A stretch of 55,561 nt of DNA from a virus, in IMG/VR virus record IMGVR_UViG_3300029705_000157. The stretch is one strand, 5' to 3'. Positions within the stretch are counted from its first letter, which is position 1, and every line of letters begins with the position of its first letter. Shown in pieces: positions 52,847 through 55,561 of this stretch. The notes below the pieces were generated by a model. The model saw only the letters and a program-made list of their open reading frames with translations. It was not told where the DNA came from and did no database searches. Both the position numbers and the translations under genes were made by a program.

Positions 52847-53329
52847 TTATTCAAAGAAAAGATTTTCTGCTGTGATTTTATCAAGCGTCCATTCTCCGTT
52901 TGTTATACTTACAATATAAGCCCCACCAGATACGCGAAGTGCATCGTCTTGTAATTCACTACGCGATTGAACAATAAAAAATCCATTTGTCTCTGATTCT
53001 TTATATCCAACATAGAATCCCATTCCGTAGCTTAATAATCCACTTACCATACCAACTGGAATTGATTCCCAGTTGTTTTTTAATGTGTAATACGGCATCT
53101 TTCCCAAATCAGAAGACGAGCCCACGTTTTTTCTTGCAAGTTTATTGTTTACTTCTTCGTTGATTGAGTTTATATCTCCAGCACCAAACGAATCTCCAAC
53201 TTGTTCATAGATTGTCACATCTTCAAGTGAAATAGTTTCATCATCATTTTCTATTACTCGATACTTTCTTTTTTCATTTACTGAAAAATCTAAAATATCA
53301 TCTTTATAGTTAGTTCTTAAATCTGCCAT
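52847..53329 (-). CDS. Tail/baseplate-associated hypothetical protein
   Basis: 160-aa ORF in the fibre block. Confidence 0.35.
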   Translation of the reverse strand: MADLRTNYKDDILDFSVNEKRKYRVIENDDETISLEDVTIYEQVGDSFGAGDINSINEEVNNKLARKNVGSSSDLGKMPYYTLKNNWESIPVGMVSGLLSYGMGFYVGYKESETNGFFIVQSRSELQDDALRVSGGAYIVSITNGEWTLDKITAENLFFE

Positions 53330-53332
53330 GCG

Positions 53333-53743
53333 TTATACCCTCATGCCTTTCTGATTGCCTAATCTGAACGGCAATCTGTATAAATTTGCTTTGTGACTGA
53401 TTAATTTATTGTGAAGTGCCAATGTTACACTTTCGATTCGGTTATACTCCGAAGCATCTGGAACCAATCCATTATCACGATACGCTCTGTGCGTTGTATC
53501 TATCCGATATGTGGACAAATTAAGGTTGAATAGATTGTTCTCTATGTTGTTGAATTCTCTTGCGAAAATGAGGTCATTTTCGACTTTGTCAAGACCCATA
53601 TCAATAAATGGAATTCCGACAAATAACTCATCGGCCATTTCCTTTACAACCATGAGATTTCCTTTTATTCGGTTGTAATCCTCATAATTAAAATAATCAG
53701 TGCTTTTCCAGTCCGTTTTCGGTTCAATCCATGCAGACATCAA
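53333..53743 (-). CDS. Tail/baseplate-associated hypothetical protein
   Basis: 136-aa ORF, overlapping the stop of the upstream gene. Confidence 0.35.
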   Translation of the reverse strand: MMSAWIEPKTDWKSTDYFNYEDYNRIKGNLMVVKEMADELFVGIPFIDMGLDKVENDLIFAREFNNIENNLFNLNLSTYRIDTTHRAYRDNGLVPDASEYNRIESVTLALHNKLISHKANLYRLPFRLGNQKGMRV

Positions 53744-55561
53744 ATCGCCCCCTTTGTCATGTTGTACGCTCGCCTAAGCCCAAGATTACCGCGAAATGCG
53801 CCATTAAACGTCAATTCATTGGAAGTTACCTCCACTTGAAGATTTGGTATCTTACTGCTTTCCATACGTATGATGTCGGTTGCATTAAGTCTTGGTTCTC
53901 CACGGAAATTCACGTCATAAGTAACATTGTTTGCGTAATAGTTTCCTATCCATTCCGCAATAATAGCAGCATGTTCTTCTGTTGCTATAAGTGGATTGGA
54001 AAGAAGTTTTGATTCCCCTACTGGGTTTATCTGTCGGGAATAATAAACTTCATCCTCTATTTCCTCAGGTTCTCCCTCGGCGTTTTCAAAAAACGAATAT
54101 ATCTTCACACGAACATCTTTTACTCGTTTTTCTTTGTATCCTACTGGATTTTGATACATATTATTGCGCTTTAAGAAATAGTCCGATAAACCACCAAATG
54201 ATACTTTGTTTACAATCACGCGACTATTCGGAGATGCTTTTGTAAAACGTATGTACATTCTATCAAAATCATCGAATTGCTCACTGATTATTGTTGTCTT
54301 TTCCACATTGTCTACAACAATTTTTTTAACAATTTCATTATCATTAAATGTTTCCACAACAAACTGTTTAGGCATGTTTCCGCCAAATTCCAGCACAAGT
54401 CCGTGATATGTGTTTGCATATTCCAAATCAATCCCTATTGATGGATTAAATAAAAATTCTCCATTTTGGTCTGATATTTCATTGCTTACAAAACCAGCAT
54501 TAAGATATTCCTCGTTTTCTGGCATAAATCTCATGCTGCCATCGGCTTTCATAAAATCAGGTGTAAGTTCCGCATAAACAATATCTGAACCTATAAAAAT
54601 ATTTTCAAGGTTTCCCCATTCCGCAATAGGTGTGGATGATAATTTTGTTTCTTCACGATCAATTAAAACCGCAAAGTTCGGAACGACCATTACAACACCA
54701 TATTCATCTTGTTTTATCTTGCATCTGCATGCGTTTGCTAATATCTGCAAGCACTGCTTATGTGATGCCTCTGGCATTGGATTTATCAAATTAAATTCTT
54801 TCAAGTATTCATCCACATAATACTCGTCTGATTCAAGTCCGGCATCTTTAAAGATACTTATTGCTTCGTCATATGCGGTACGTTCATATATTCTGTTTCC
54901 AAGACTGTACACATTATCCATGTGATACATTCTGTCGTAAGATGTCAACGTAACAACATTATTTTGCCTTTTCCAATCTTTCAAATAAGTTGTCGCTATC
55001 TGATGCCATTCTATTGAACCATCTGCAAGTGTTATTCCAAATGAAAATGTAATCTTTTGCATGGTTTCCAGATAATCAATAAAAGAATTATTGTCATCCA
55101 CATCGAATTTGTCCTCCTTGTCGTAAAAAGAAAAGGAACATCTGTAACTTGATAATTCATCCGATATCGAAGAAACTATTTCATTTATTGAAAATGTTTT
55201 TGTGTCTTCGTTGGTGTATTGTAGTCCTACGCCCATCAGAATGCGCTTTATTCGCAGTCTTTTGTTTCCACCGACCATTTCTAATGGCACAATCTGAATG
55301 TAGCTTATATCGCCGAATACGTCCTCTGTGACAAATCTTTCTGAATCGTTTGTGTACTGCACTGTACCCTGGTTTGTTACAAGGTTAAATCTTGTCGGAT
55401 ATGCGCTTCCAAACTCAAGCGTAATTCCTTTTATGTAATACGATTTTTGAAGAACAATCATTATGGAACCCATTATTTCTTCCGTAACAATTCCATTGCT
55501 TTTTAATTGCTCAAGATTGCTTTCTGGAACAAAATACATTTTCCCATCAGCACGCATATAG
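53740..55561 (-). CDS. Large tail tip/baseplate protein (its true start wraps to 232 at the other window end)
   Basis: 605-aa ORF that is the second gene after the tape measure. The frame continues upstream across the circular junction. Confidence 0.6.
   Translation of the reverse strand, partial: YMRADGKMYFVPESNLEQLKSNGIVTEEIMGSIMIVLQKSYYIKGITLEFGSAYPTRFNLVTNQGTVQYTNDSERFVTEDVFGDISYIQIVPLEMVGGNKRLRIKRILMGVGLQYTNEDTKTFSINEIVSSISDELSSYRCSFSFYDKEDKFDVDDNNSFIDYLETMQKITFSFGITLADGSIEWHQIATTYLKDWKRQNNVVTLTSYDRMYHMDNVYSLGNRIYERTAYDEAISIFKDAGLESDEYYVDEYLKEFNLINPMPEASHKQCLQILANACRCKIKQDEYGVVMVVPNFAVLIDREETKLSSTPIAEWGNLENIFIGSDIVYAELTPDFMKADGSMRFMPENEEYLNAGFVSNEISDQNGEFLFNPSIGIDLEYANTYHGLVLEFGGNMPKQFVVETFNDNEIVKKIVVDNVEKTTIISEQFDDFDRMYIRFTKASPNSRVIVNKVSFGGLSDYFLKRNNMYQNPVGYKEKRVKDVRVKIYSFFENAEGEPEEIEDEVYYSRQINPVGESKLLSNPLIATEEHAAIIAEWIGNYYANNVTYDVNFRGEPRLNATDIIRMESSKIPNLQVEVTSNELTFNGAFRGNLGLRRAYNMTKGAI
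55530..55561. repeat. Terminal overlap identical to 1..32
   Basis: Exact 32-nt match. Confidence 0.9.

Noticed and set aside
613-55331. Plus-strand ORFs of 60-160 aa antisense to long minus-strand genes (for example 3146..3466, 4873..5307, 11252..11692, 26773..27261, 31630..32112, 44510..44995, 45496..45894)
   Set aside because: They overlap strongly supported minus-strand genes and are rich in Phe/Leu/Ser/Ile, as expected from antisense reading of AT-rich coding DNA. They have no RBS or motifs.

Overview
The window is a complete, circularly closed temperate siphovirus-like phage genome. The first 32 nt repeat at the end, leaving about 55.5 kb of unique sequence. The host is probably a low-GC Gram-positive, and likely a spore-forming Clostridia-type bacterium. 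Nearly all genes are on the minus strand.

Gene order, reading down the minus strand from a divergent genetic switch at about 48.0 kb:
- Bro-N/KilAC antirepressor.
- Diversity-generating retroelement (DGR): three paralogous target genes, Avd, template repeat and reverse transcriptase. It is embedded in the early region and interleaved with an SMC-like ATPase.
- RecT/MBL recombination module, HNH-dUTPase fusion and SSB.
- DUF4406 protein and GIY-YIG nuclease.
- C5 DNA methyltransferase broken by one in-frame TAA.
- Radical SAM protein and many small Zn-ribbon proteins.
- Replisome organizer and primase-helicase.
- PAPS-reductase-like gene broken at a (GACA)n tract.
- Tyrosine integrase plus a candidate attP at about 25.0 kb.
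- Separately terminated moron cluster of Cys/Gly/Gln-rich low-complexity proteins.
- Plus-strand island with iterons, palindromes and an RHH gene (18.3-20.6 kb).
- Packaging, head, tail and fibre module (TerS-like, TerL, portal, scaffold, capsid, connectors, tail tube, G/GT chaperone, tape measure, collagen-like fibre, BspA-type LRR protein). This module wraps across the window ends.

Most notable observations:
1. The DGR shows textbook adenine-only TR/VR mismatches. Its three targets are early, non-structural and lack signal peptides, and two of the variable regions are one codon longer than the template.
2. A tetranucleotide repeat sets the reading frame of the PAPS-reductase-like gene, so it is a candidate phase-variable locus.
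3. Lysis genes are scattered inside the virion operon.
4. A possible sporulation-related lysogenic-conversion cluster sits next to attP.

All functional calls come from reading motifs in the supplied translations. No database search was run.
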